Shown here: piece after piece, positions 24,699 to 32,393 of the stretch
How the letters are laid out: the number at the start of each line of letters is the position of its first letter
How positions within the stretch are numbered: position 1 is the first letter of the stretch
NCBI GenBank assembly: GCA_964368975.1
Contig: CAYJDP010000002.1
Location: 2,039 to 34,431 of the forward strand
Reading direction: 5' to 3'
DNA length: 32,393 nucleotides
From: an uncultured Muribaculaceae bacterium
Lineage (GTDB): Bacteria; Bacillota_I; Bacilli_A; RF39; UBA660
Position numbers and translations under genes: made by a program
Notes under the pieces: generated by a model
What the model was told of the DNA's origin: nothing
The model's input: only the letters and a program-made list of their open reading frames with translations
Database searches by the model: none

Positions 24699-27119
24699 AT
24701 GTATCCATTAGGAAAACAATTTGAACCGGAAACTTCTAAACTAAAGTGTGATGATAAAAGTGTAATACGTGGAAAAAATTATCGTATTAGTGTTATTACT
24801 GATAGAGTAATTAGACTTGAATATTCGCCTAGTGGGGAGTTTGTAGATAAAGCTACACAGTTAATTTCAAAAAGAAATTTGGGATTAGCTAATTTTAAGG
24901 TGGAACAAAATACGCAATCTTTATTAATATCTACTAGATATTTTAACTTAAGTTATACTAAAGAGAGTTCTTTTTTAGGTAATAAAGTAGATCCTGGTAA
25001 AAACTTAAGAATTACTTTAAATACTAGGGATAATAAAAATATAAGAGATTGGTATTATACTAAGGCAGAAGCTAGAAATATGTTAGGTAATAGTGTTTCT
25101 GTTGATGTTAAGACTGATTTTAATTTAAATAAGGGGTTATATTCATTAGATGGTTTTTCTTCTATTGATGATAGTTATACTAAGATAATTGATGCTGATG
25201 GAACTTTATTAAATAAACCTGAAGGTTATATTGATATTTATGTATTTATGTATGATAGAGATTTTAAACAAGCTATGCTTGACTATTATAAAATGACTGG
25301 TTTTCCTGAGTTAATACCTAGGTATGCTTTTGGTAATTGGTGGAGTAGAAACATTACGTATGATGATAAGGGTGTTGATCAATTAATTAGGAATTTTGAA
25401 AAGAAAAAAATACCATTATCAGTTATGTTATTTGATCATGATTGGCATTATAGAGATGTTGGTGCTGCTAGAGGTTTGAAAACTGGTTATACTTTTAATG
25501 CGAATATTATAAAAAAGCCTGAAGATATGATGGCTAAATTTCATAAAAGAGGGATTAGGGTTGGTTTAGTAATTGATCCTACAGATGGATTTTATACTCA
25601 TGAACAATTTTATCCACAAGCAAAGCAATTTCTTGGATTGAGTGAGAATAGTTTGATTAAATTTGATCCATTGAACCCTAAGTTATTAGATATTTTATTT
25701 AAAGTGTTTATACATCCACTTGAATCTTTTGGAGTTGACTTTTTTTGGAGTGATTATAAAGGTGATAATAATATATTAAGACTTTGGGCTTTTAATCATT
25801 ATATGGCGCTAGATTCATCTAGAAATCTAAATAAGAGAAGAATGTTACTTGGTAGAAATGGTATATATGCCGGTCATAAGTATGGTGTTTTATATGGTGG
25901 TTCTAGTGAAATTAGTTGGAATGATTTAGCTAAATTACCTTTTCGTTATTTAAATGCATCTAATATAGGAAATAGTTTTTGGTCTTATGATGTTGGTGGT
26001 AACCATGGTGGTGTTGAAGATAGTGAATTATATATTAGACATTTAGAATTAGGAGTATTTTCGCCAATACTTAGATTTCATGCTGCAAGAGGTGCTTATT
26101 ATAAAAGAGAACCATGGAATTGGGATGCTAAGACTGAGGCAATTGCTGTTGAATATTTACGATTAAGACATAGATTAATTCCTTATATTTATACTGAGGC
26201 ATATAATTATGTTAAGTCAGGGACTCCTTTAATCCAACCATTTTATTATAATTATATGTGGACTTATGATGATGATTTATATAAGAATCAATATTATTTT
26301 GGTTCTCAATTACTAGTTTGTCCTATTCTTACTAAAAAAGATCCAGTAATGAATCGTACTGTACATAGATTTTTTATACCTGAAGGAATTTGGTATGATT
26401 TTAAAACTGGTAAGAAGTTTTTAGGTAATAAAAAACATTTGATGTTTTTTAAAGAAGAAGATTATCCTGTATTTGCCCATGCAGGTAGTATTATTCCTTT
26501 ATCTAATAGGAGTGATTATAATAATACAGGTATTCCAACTGACTTGGAAATCAATATATTTCCAGGGGTTAGTAATACTTATAATTTGTATGAAGATGAT
26601 GGAGTTACTTCTTTATATAAAGAAGGGTACTTTTTAAAGACTTCGATTGATTATAATTATTTATTTAATAACTATACAGTTATTATTAGATCAGTTGAGG
26701 GTAAGAGTGGGATAGTTCCTGAGAAAAGAAATTATAAGATGGTATTTAGAAATACTCGACTTGCTGATAGTGTGGTAATATATTTTAATAATCAAAAATT
26801 AGAATCAAATAGTTATATTGATGGAAATGACTTTATTGTTGAAGTAAAAGATGTTCCTACGGTAGGACAATTAACTATAAACTGTAAAGGAAAAGACATT
26901 GAAATAGATGCAGTTAGATTAATTAATGATGATGTTGATTCGATATTAAAAGATCTATTAATTAATACATATTTAAAAGAGGATATAGCTAGTGTTATGT
27001 TTTCTAAACTTCCTATTAGGAAGAAAAGAGTTCAAATACGTAAGTTAAAGAAAAAAGGTCTTACTAAAGAATATATTAATTTATTCTTGAAATTACTTGA
27101 TTATATTAGTGAAGTATAA
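24699..27119 (+). CDS. Glycoside hydrolase family 31 (alpha-glucosidase/alpha-xylosidase-type), cytoplasmic
   Basis: MTGFPELIPRYAFGNWWSRNITY is the GH31 hallmark before the barrel. GVDFFWSDYKG is the nucleophile-Asp region and FWSYDVGGNHGG the acid/base region. Size 806 aa. No signal peptide. Confidence 0.88.
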   Translation: MYPLGKQFEPETSKLKCDDKSVIRGKNYRISVITDRVIRLEYSPSGEFVDKATQLISKRNLGLANFKVEQNTQSLLISTRYFNLSYTKESSFLGNKVDPGKNLRITLNTRDNKNIRDWYYTKAEARNMLGNSVSVDVKTDFNLNKGLYSLDGFSSIDDSYTKIIDADGTLLNKPEGYIDIYVFMYDRDFKQAMLDYYKMTGFPELIPRYAFGNWWSRNITYDDKGVDQLIRNFEKKKIPLSVMLFDHDWHYRDVGAARGLKTGYTFNANIIKKPEDMMAKFHKRGIRVGLVIDPTDGFYTHEQFYPQAKQFLGLSENSLIKFDPLNPKLLDILFKVFIHPLESFGVDFFWSDYKGDNNILRLWAFNHYMALDSSRNLNKRRMLLGRNGIYAGHKYGVLYGGSSEISWNDLAKLPFRYLNASNIGNSFWSYDVGGNHGGVEDSELYIRHLELGVFSPILRFHAARGAYYKREPWNWDAKTEAIAVEYLRLRHRLIPYIYTEAYNYVKSGTPLIQPFYYNYMWTYDDDLYKNQYYFGSQLLVCPILTKKDPVMNRTVHRFFIPEGIWYDFKTGKKFLGNKKHLMFFKEEDYPVFAHAGSIIPLSNRSDYNNTGIPTDLEINIFPGVSNTYNLYEDDGVTSLYKEGYFLKTSIDYNYLFNNYTVIIRSVEGKSGIVPEKRNYKMVFRNTRLADSVVIYFNNQKLESNSYIDGNDFIVEVKDVPTVGQLTINCKGKDIEIDAVRLINDDVDSILKDLLINTYLKEDIASVMFSKLPIRKKRVQIRKLKKKGLTKEYINLFLKLLDYISEV

Positions 27120-27169
27120 TATAATAAATTTACTTTTTAAATATTTTTAGTAGTAGTAATTAATTATTT

Positions 27170-27345
27170 TATTAAAAGAGAGTTTGTGTTGGTGAGAGCA
27201 AATATAAAGTATTAATGAACTTGACTAAACATTACAATATTAGGGTAAGACCTTTATCTCTATTAAGATGCATAGTTTTATACTATGAATTAAGGTGGTA
27301 CCGCGAATAATTCGTCCTTATATATTTATATAGGGACTTTTTTTA
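27170..27345 (+). promoter_or_regulatory. T-box leader (tRNA-Leu-sensing transcription attenuator) with intrinsic terminator
   Basis: Stem I starts at AGAGAG (27177-27182) and closes on TCTCT (27257-27261). The candidate specifier GAA-CUU-G is at 27220-22; UUG at 27221-23 is also Leu. Stem III is CATAGT/ACTATG. The T-box core AATTAAGGTGGTACCGCG is at 27288-27305, and its UGGU would pair with an ACCA 3' end. The terminator GTCCTTATATA/TATATAGGGAC (27314-27337) is followed by T7. Confidence 0.85.
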
Positions 27346-27361
27346 TTATAAGGAGGAAGTT

Positions 27362-27739
27362 ATGTTAGTAGATGTATTGTTAGCTATATTTATTTTTATT
27401 ATTACTTATTTTATACTAGCTTTTATATATAGATTTTATATTATAAAAAAGTTAAAAAATGATAAGAATAATTTACCTAGTGAGATATTATATATATTAA
27501 ATGTATATAAAATAAATAAAGATGAAGTTGATTTAGATAAATTAATTAAATTGGTTATATTAGGAACTACATTTATATTTTCTTTATCTATTACTGTTGC
27601 TTTATATGGAGATAATTATGGTGATCAGTTGATTATAGGACTTATATTGATGATTCCTTTAATATTTATTTGTTATCATATTATTGGGTGCTACGCTAAG
27701 AAAAAGTTAATTAAAAATAAAAAGAAAGTTGAGGAGTGA
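27362..27739 (+). CDS. Small three-TM membrane protein, unknown function, first ORF of the T-box-controlled leuS transcript
   Basis: AAGGAGGAAG lies 5 nt before the ATG. Three hydrophobic helices and a basic tail. The TGA stop lies 5 nt before the leuS ATG. Confidence 0.65.
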   Translation: MLVDVLLAIFIFIITYFILAFIYRFYIIKKLKNDKNNLPSEILYILNVYKINKDEVDLDKLIKLVILGTTFIFSLSITVALYGDNYGDQLIIGLILMIPLIFICYHIIGCYAKKKLIKNKKKVEE

Positions 27740-27744
27740 GAAAA

Positions 27745-30138
27745 ATGGATATAAAAAAAATAGAGGCTAAATGGCAAAAGTATTGGATAGATAATAAGGT
27801 GTTTGAAGCAGATAATAATAGTGATAAAGAGAAATATTATTATTTAGTTGAGTTTCCTTATCCATCAGGTGCTGGTTTACATGTTGGGCATGCTAGAAGT
27901 TATACTGCGTTAGATAGTTTAAGTCGTAAGAAAAGAATGAATGGATATAATGTTTTATTTCCGATGGGGTGGGATGCTTTTGGTGCTCCTGCAGAGCAGT
28001 TTGCTATTAAGAATAAAATTCATCCTAGTAGTGCTGTTAGAGAATGTATTAAAACTTTTAAAGGACAAATGCAATCACTTGGGTTTTCACTTGATTGGTC
28101 TAGGGAGTTTTCTACTACTGATCCAGATTATTATAAGTGGACACAGTGGCAATTTTTGAAGTTTTTTGAACATGGACTTGCTTATAAAGCTAAAAAGAAT
28201 ATTAATTGGTGCCCTAATTGTAAAATAGGTTTATCTAATGAAGATTCTAGTGGTGGAGTATGTGAGAGATGTGGAGAGAAAGTTGTTCAAAAAGAAAAAG
28301 AGCAATGGATGCTTAAAATGAGTGATTATTCAGAACAGTTATTAGAAGGATTAGATGATACTAAGTTTCATGAGAGAATTAAGACTGCTCAAGTTAATTG
28401 GATTGGTAAAAGTGTTGGGGCAGAAGTTAAGTTTAAGTTAGATGAAGTTGATGAAGAATTAGTTGTTTATACTACTAGAGTTGATACTTTATATGGTGTT
28501 ACTTTTATGGTTGTTGCTCCAGAACATCCTTTAATAGATAAATATAGTGAAAATATTTCTAATATGGATGAGGTTATTTCTTATAGAGATATTGCTAATA
28601 GCAAGAGTGAGTTTGAAAGAGTAGAATTAAATAAAGAAAAAACTGGTGTTAAAATAGAAGGTATTAGTGCTATTAATCCAGCTACTGGTAAAAATATTCC
28701 TGTTTATATTTCTGATTATGTAATGATGACTTATGGTACTGGTGCTATTATGGCAGTTCCTGCACATGATGAGAGAGATTATGAGTTTGCTAAGAAATTT
28801 GGTATTGAGATTATTCAGGTTTTAGAAAATGAAGATGGTGTATCAGATAAAGCTTTTGTAGGGGACGGAGTTCATATTAATTCAGATATTATTAATGGAT
28901 TAAATAAGAGTGATGCAATTAATAAAATGTTAAATTGGTTAGAAGAGAATAATCTTGGTAAGAGTAAAACTAATTATAAATTACAAGATTGGGTATTTTC
29001 TAGACAGAGATTTTGGGGTGAACCAATTCCAATAATTCATTGTGATGATTGTGGTTATGTTGCTGATAATAATTTACCAGTAGTTTTACCAGATGTTGCT
29101 AATTATGAACCTACTGATGATGGGGAAAGTCCATTAGCGAATATTACTGAATGGGTTAATGTTAAGTGTCCTAAGTGTGGGAAAAGTGCTAAAAGAGAAA
29201 CTGATACTATGCCTAACTGGGCTGGATCTAGTTGGTATTATTTAAGATATATGGATTCTAAAAATACCGAGGAGTTTGCTAGTAGTGATGCTTTAAAATA
29301 TTTTGGTAAAGTAGATTTTTATAATGGTGGTATGGAACATGCTACTAGACATTTACTTTATGCTAGATTTTGGAATCAATTTTTATATAATATTGGATTA
29401 GTACCAAATAAAGAACCTTTTGAAACAAGAATAGCTCATGGGATGATTCTTGGAGAAGGTGGAGAAAAAATGAGTAAGTCTAAAGGTAATGTAGTTAATC
29501 CAGATGATATGGTTGAATTATATGGAGCTGATAGTCTTAGATGTTATGAGATGTTTATTGGGGACTATGAAAAAGAAGTTGTTTGGAGTGAACAAGGTCT
29601 TAGAGGATGTAGACGTTTTATAGATAGAGTTATTCGTATTGGAGAGAAAGTTAATTCAGATAATGGGTATAGTAAATCTTTAGAGAAGTTAATTCATAAA
29701 ACTATTAAGAAAGTTACTGATGATTATGATAATATTAAATTTAATACTGTTGTATCGGCTTTAATGATTTTATTAAATGAATATGATAAAGAAGATGCTA
29801 TTACTAAAGAAGATTATCGTGTATTACTTATGTTATTTAATCCAATTGCTCCACATATAACAGAGGAATTAAATGAGAAATATAATTTAGGAGAAGCTAT
29901 TTGTAAAAGTAGTTGGCCTGTATATGATGAAGATATGTTAGTTGATGAATCAATGGATATAGCTGTTCAAGTAAATGGTAAAGTTAGAGCTACTATAAAT
30001 ATTTCTATTAATGATAGTGAAGAAGTTATAAAAGAAAAGGCTTTAAGTGATGAAAATGTTATTAAGCATACAGAAGGTTTAGAAATAATTAAAATAATTG
30101 TAATAAAAGGTCGTATTGTTAATATAGTTGTAAAATAA
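27745..30138 (+). CDS. leuS: Leucine--tRNA ligase
   Basis: N-terminal IEAKWQKYW, HIGH-type motif (HVGHARSY), KMSKS present, CP1 editing insertion, Zn-binding CxxC pairs. GAGGAG lies 8 nt upstream of the ATG at 27745; the GTG at 27736 is less likely. Confidence 0.97.
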   Translation: MDIKKIEAKWQKYWIDNKVFEADNNSDKEKYYYLVEFPYPSGAGLHVGHARSYTALDSLSRKKRMNGYNVLFPMGWDAFGAPAEQFAIKNKIHPSSAVRECIKTFKGQMQSLGFSLDWSREFSTTDPDYYKWTQWQFLKFFEHGLAYKAKKNINWCPNCKIGLSNEDSSGGVCERCGEKVVQKEKEQWMLKMSDYSEQLLEGLDDTKFHERIKTAQVNWIGKSVGAEVKFKLDEVDEELVVYTTRVDTLYGVTFMVVAPEHPLIDKYSENISNMDEVISYRDIANSKSEFERVELNKEKTGVKIEGISAINPATGKNIPVYISDYVMMTYGTGAIMAVPAHDERDYEFAKKFGIEIIQVLENEDGVSDKAFVGDGVHINSDIINGLNKSDAINKMLNWLEENNLGKSKTNYKLQDWVFSRQRFWGEPIPIIHCDDCGYVADNNLPVVLPDVANYEPTDDGESPLANITEWVNVKCPKCGKSAKRETDTMPNWAGSSWYYLRYMDSKNTEEFASSDALKYFGKVDFYNGGMEHATRHLLYARFWNQFLYNIGLVPNKEPFETRIAHGMILGEGGEKMSKSKGNVVNPDDMVELYGADSLRCYEMFIGDYEKEVVWSEQGLRGCRRFIDRVIRIGEKVNSDNGYSKSLEKLIHKTIKKVTDDYDNIKFNTVVSALMILLNEYDKEDAITKEDYRVLLMLFNPIAPHITEELNEKYNLGEAICKSSWPVYDEDMLVDESMDIAVQVNGKVRATINISINDSEEVIKEKALSDENVIKHTEGLEIIKIIVIKGRIVNIVVK

Positions 30139-30167
30139 GAAATTACTTTAAGTAGTTTCTTTTTTTG
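30138..30167 (+). terminator. Rho-independent terminator of leuS
   Basis: AGAAATTACT (30138-30147) pairs with AGTAGTTTCT (30151-30160), one G-U pair, followed by T7. Confidence 0.65.
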
Positions 30168-30244
30168 TTATATATTTATTAATTTTATGATATAATTAGT
30201 TTAGTAGAGATGATTCTCTTAAAAAATCAGAAAGAGGTGTGAAT

Positions 30245-31417
30245 ATGGGATTTATTCAAGCATTTACTGGAGCATTAGGTGGAACTTTTGCTGATCAATG
30301 GAAAGATTTTTATCAACCAATGTCAGGTGTTCCTGCAACAGCAGCGTTATTTCCTGCAGTACCTGTAGGTACGAATAATGGAAGAGGGGAAAATACTAAG
30401 GGTAGTGATAATATTATTTCTAATGGAAGTAGAATTGTTGTACCTGAAGGGTTAGCTCTTATTACTATGCAAGAAGGGGCTATTACTGGGTTAATTGCTG
30501 AAGCTGGTGGTTATACTTATAATAGTGATGATGTTAATTCAAAATCTATTTTTGCAGGAGATGGAATTATTGCTCCGTTATTAAAACAAACTTGGGAAAG
30601 ATTTAAATTTGGAGGGCAACCTGGAGCTCAACAAGCAGCTTTTTATGTTAATATGAAAGAAATTCCAAATAATAGATTTGGAACTCAATCAGAAATTTAT
30701 TGGGATGATGCATATTTAAATGCACAAGTTGGTGCGATTACTCGTGGAACTTATACATTAAAAATTGAAGATCCAATGTTATTTATTAAACAATTTGTTC
30801 CGGCTACTTATTTAGAAGCTGGTACGGGAGTATTTGATTTTGCAGATATGGATAATGATGCAGCAGCTCAATTATTTAATGAAGTAGTTAGTAGTTTATC
30901 TGGAGCATTTTCTAATTATACAAATGATCCTAGTAAAGGGAATAGAATTAATAAAATTCAAGGTGATCAAATTGGTTTTGCACAATCTTTATCTGCGCAA
31001 GTTGAAAATGATTATCAATGGAAAACTGATAGAGGATTATCTATTGTAAAAGTTGCAATTCAAGCTATTGAATATGATGAAGATACTAAAAAACTTCTTA
31101 GTGATGTTAAAAAAGCTGATGCACTTAGTGGAGCTAGAGGTAATTCATTTATGCAACAATCTGTTGCTCGTGGAATGCAGGCCGCTGGAGAAAATGAAAA
31201 CGGTGGTGGTGCCATGGGTATGGGATTCATGGGAATGGGAATGAATGCTGTTGGTGGAGGAATTGCTGGATTACAACAACCAGTTCAACAAGAACAACAA
31301 GCAGCTCAAGCTGAAGATCCATATGCTAAACTTACTTCTATGAAGCAATTACTTGATCAAGGAGTTATTACGCAAGAAGATTTTGATAAAGCTAAAAAAG
31401 ATTTATTAGGACTTTAA
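30245..31417 (+). CDS. SPFH-domain protein (YdjI / virion-core-like Band_7_1 type) with Gly/Met-rich linker and C-terminal SHOCT domain
   Basis: AAGAGGTG RBS before the ATG at 30245. The N-terminus MGFIQAFTGALGGTFADQWKDFY and overall layout resemble the cytoplasmic SPFH subgroup (COG4260). The low-complexity stretch is GGGAMGMGFMGMGMNAVGGG. The last roughly 30 aa, DPYAKLTSMKQLLDQGVITQEDFDKAKKDLLGL, fit the SHOCT consensus. Confidence 0.75.
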   Translation: MGFIQAFTGALGGTFADQWKDFYQPMSGVPATAALFPAVPVGTNNGRGENTKGSDNIISNGSRIVVPEGLALITMQEGAITGLIAEAGGYTYNSDDVNSKSIFAGDGIIAPLLKQTWERFKFGGQPGAQQAAFYVNMKEIPNNRFGTQSEIYWDDAYLNAQVGAITRGTYTLKIEDPMLFIKQFVPATYLEAGTGVFDFADMDNDAAAQLFNEVVSSLSGAFSNYTNDPSKGNRINKIQGDQIGFAQSLSAQVENDYQWKTDRGLSIVKVAIQAIEYDEDTKKLLSDVKKADALSGARGNSFMQQSVARGMQAAGENENGGGAMGMGFMGMGMNAVGGGIAGLQQPVQQEQQAAQAEDPYAKLTSMKQLLDQGVITQEDFDKAKKDLLGL

Positions 31418-31418
31418 T

Positions 31419-32393
31419 ATGAAAAAAGAAGAAGTTGTAGAAGAAAAGAAACTTAAGGAAACAGTAGTTGTAGATACTGCAAAGGGTGCAGTTGATGGGC
31501 AAACTAAATGTCCTAAATGTGGTGCTACTGATATAACTTATAGTGAAAAAAAGAAAAAATTAAGATGTAATTATTGTCGTCATGAATTTGTTGAAGAAAA
31601 AGTTGAAACAGTTAATGGGGATATTAAAAAATTAAAAGGTAGAAAAGTAGGTAGTGGTGCTACTAAGATAGATAAAGATGCAGATGATTTAGTTACTATT
31701 AAGTGTACTAGTTGTGGGTCTGAGGTTGTAGTTGATACAAAAGAAGCTTTACAAAGTAGATGTCACTGGTGTCGTAATTTCTTATCAATTAATAATAAAC
31801 TTCCTAATGGGGCTGTACCTGACGTTGTTTTACCTTTTACTATTACTAAAGATGAAGCTAGAAAATCGATTGAAGATTTTGTTGGTAAAAGAAAGTTTTA
31901 TGCTCATCCTACTTTTAGTAAGGAATTTACTACAGAAAATATAATGGGAGTATTCTTTCCTTATATGGTAGTTGATTTGAATGTTCATTCTAAGTATGAT
32001 GGTGAAGCTGAAATATTAATTAGAAGTTATCGTGTTAGTGATGGAAATGATAGTAGTCATACTGAATATGATGCTGATTTATATAATGTTAGTAGAGAGT
32101 TTGATTTAGCTATTGATAATCTAACAATTGAATCTAATGTTGATAAACTTAATTATAAAGATAGTAAAAAGACTACTAATATAATTAATTCTATTATGCC
32201 TTTTGATATCGAAAATTCTGTTAAATGGGATGCTAATTATATAAAAGGTTATACTTCAGAAAAAAGAGATACTGATATTGATCAATTAGAAGCAATGGTT
32301 CATGTTCAAGCAGAAGATATTTCTAGACATGCTTGTAATCCAACGATAAAGAAATTTACTCGTGGTGCAAAATGGAAAACTGAAGAAGTAGAT
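31419..32393 (+). CDS. Double zinc-ribbon protein (YdjG-like architecture), 3'-partial (runs off the right edge)
   Basis: It is absent from the ORF track because it has no stop. I translated 325 codons from the ATG at 31419, which overlaps the upstream TAA as TAATATG, and found no stop. Zinc ribbon 1 is CPKCG-x16-CNYC (31509-31577). Zinc ribbon 2 is CTSCG-x14-CHWC (31704-31772). Confidence 0.75.
   Translation, partial: MKKEEVVEEKKLKETVVVDTAKGAVDGQTKCPKCGATDITYSEKKKKLRCNYCRHEFVEEKVETVNGDIKKLKGRKVGSGATKIDKDADDLVTIKCTSCGSEVVVDTKEALQSRCHWCRNFLSINNKLPNGAVPDVVLPFTITKDEARKSIEDFVGKRKFYAHPTFSKEFTTENIMGVFFPYMVVDLNVHSKYDGEAEILIRSYRVSDGNDSSHTEYDADLYNVSREFDLAIDNLTIESNVDKLNYKDSKKTTNIINSIMPFDIENSVKWDANYIKGYTSEKRDTDIDQLEAMVHVQAEDISRHACNPTIKKFTRGAKWKTEEVD

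Noticed and set aside
27941-28159. A 72 aa ORF in an alternative frame within leuS
   Set aside because: It is a same-strand out-of-frame ORF inside leuS. It has no independent signals, and the leuS frame is unambiguous.
31053-31244. A 63 aa alternative-frame ORF inside the SPFH-SHOCT gene
   Set aside because: It is out of frame within a gene whose own frame carries recognisable SPFH and SHOCT features. It has no RBS.
31732-31944. A 70 aa track ORF near the right edge
   Set aside because: It is out of frame within the longer open frame starting at 31419. That frame encodes two clean zinc ribbons and stays open to the window end. The track missed it only because it has no stop.
1-32393. Mollicute-type genetic code (TGA = Trp), considered because of the extreme AT richness
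   Set aside because: Trp is encoded by TGG throughout, for example KWQKYW in leuS. Canonical-length LeuS, Fhs, GH31 and CdaA are obtained with TGA as stop, and TGA terminates the ORF at 27737-27739 just before the leuS start.
1-32393. A scan for CRISPR arrays, tRNA/rRNA genes, IS elements, integrases and prophage or defence hallmarks
   Set aside because: I saw no direct-repeat/spacer periodicity, no cloverleaf-like GC-rich segments in the intergenic regions, and no transposase, recombinase, nuclease or helicase-like ORFs. The window looks like core or accessory chromosome rather than a mobile element.

Overview
This is a 32.4 kb stretch of a very AT-rich chromosome. It uses the standard bacterial code: TGA ends the ORF at 27739, Trp is TGG throughout, and LeuS, Fhs and GH31 are full length with no internal TGA. 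Gene content points to a cell-walled low-GC Firmicute (sortase, VanY, CdaA/CdaR, T-box); I cannot name the species. I support about 31 CDS, including one partial at each edge, and saw no rRNA, tRNA, CRISPR, transposase or integrase.

Confident housekeeping calls:
- cdaA-cdaR (c-di-AMP synthesis)
- fhs
- leuS behind a Leu T-box leader
- an NfeD/SPFH pair
- a TIGR01212 radical SAM gene overlapping a patatin-like lipase
- a VanY-type carboxypeptidase
- a cytoplasmic GH31 glycosidase
- an S41 C-terminal processing protease

Candidates for something new, best first:
1. 5.5-9.0 kb: a TasA/BsaA-like secreted-fibre operon. It has two paralogous substrates with SipW-type signal peptides and a two-TM partner protein. 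Its ER/SipW-type signal peptidase is fused to a roughly 255 aa polytopic membrane domain of unknown function.
2. 12.0-14.0 kb: a thioester-domain (TQXA-like) adhesin with a non-canonical VPDTN sorting motif. Its overlapping dedicated sortase contains no arginine at all, so the canonical catalytic Arg is missing.
3. 22.4-24.6 kb: two tandem paralogous exported proteins sharing a conserved YHExAHLLTNYN (HExxH) core. They are possibly an undescribed zincin family.
4. 30.2 kb to the right edge: an SPFH protein with a SHOCT tail plus a double zinc-ribbon protein. The pairing resembles YdjI/YdjG, but no pspA is present.

Several ORF-track starts are upstream over-extensions. Promoter hexamers and Shine-Dalgarno sites lie inside those extensions, and the starts are corrected in the feature list.
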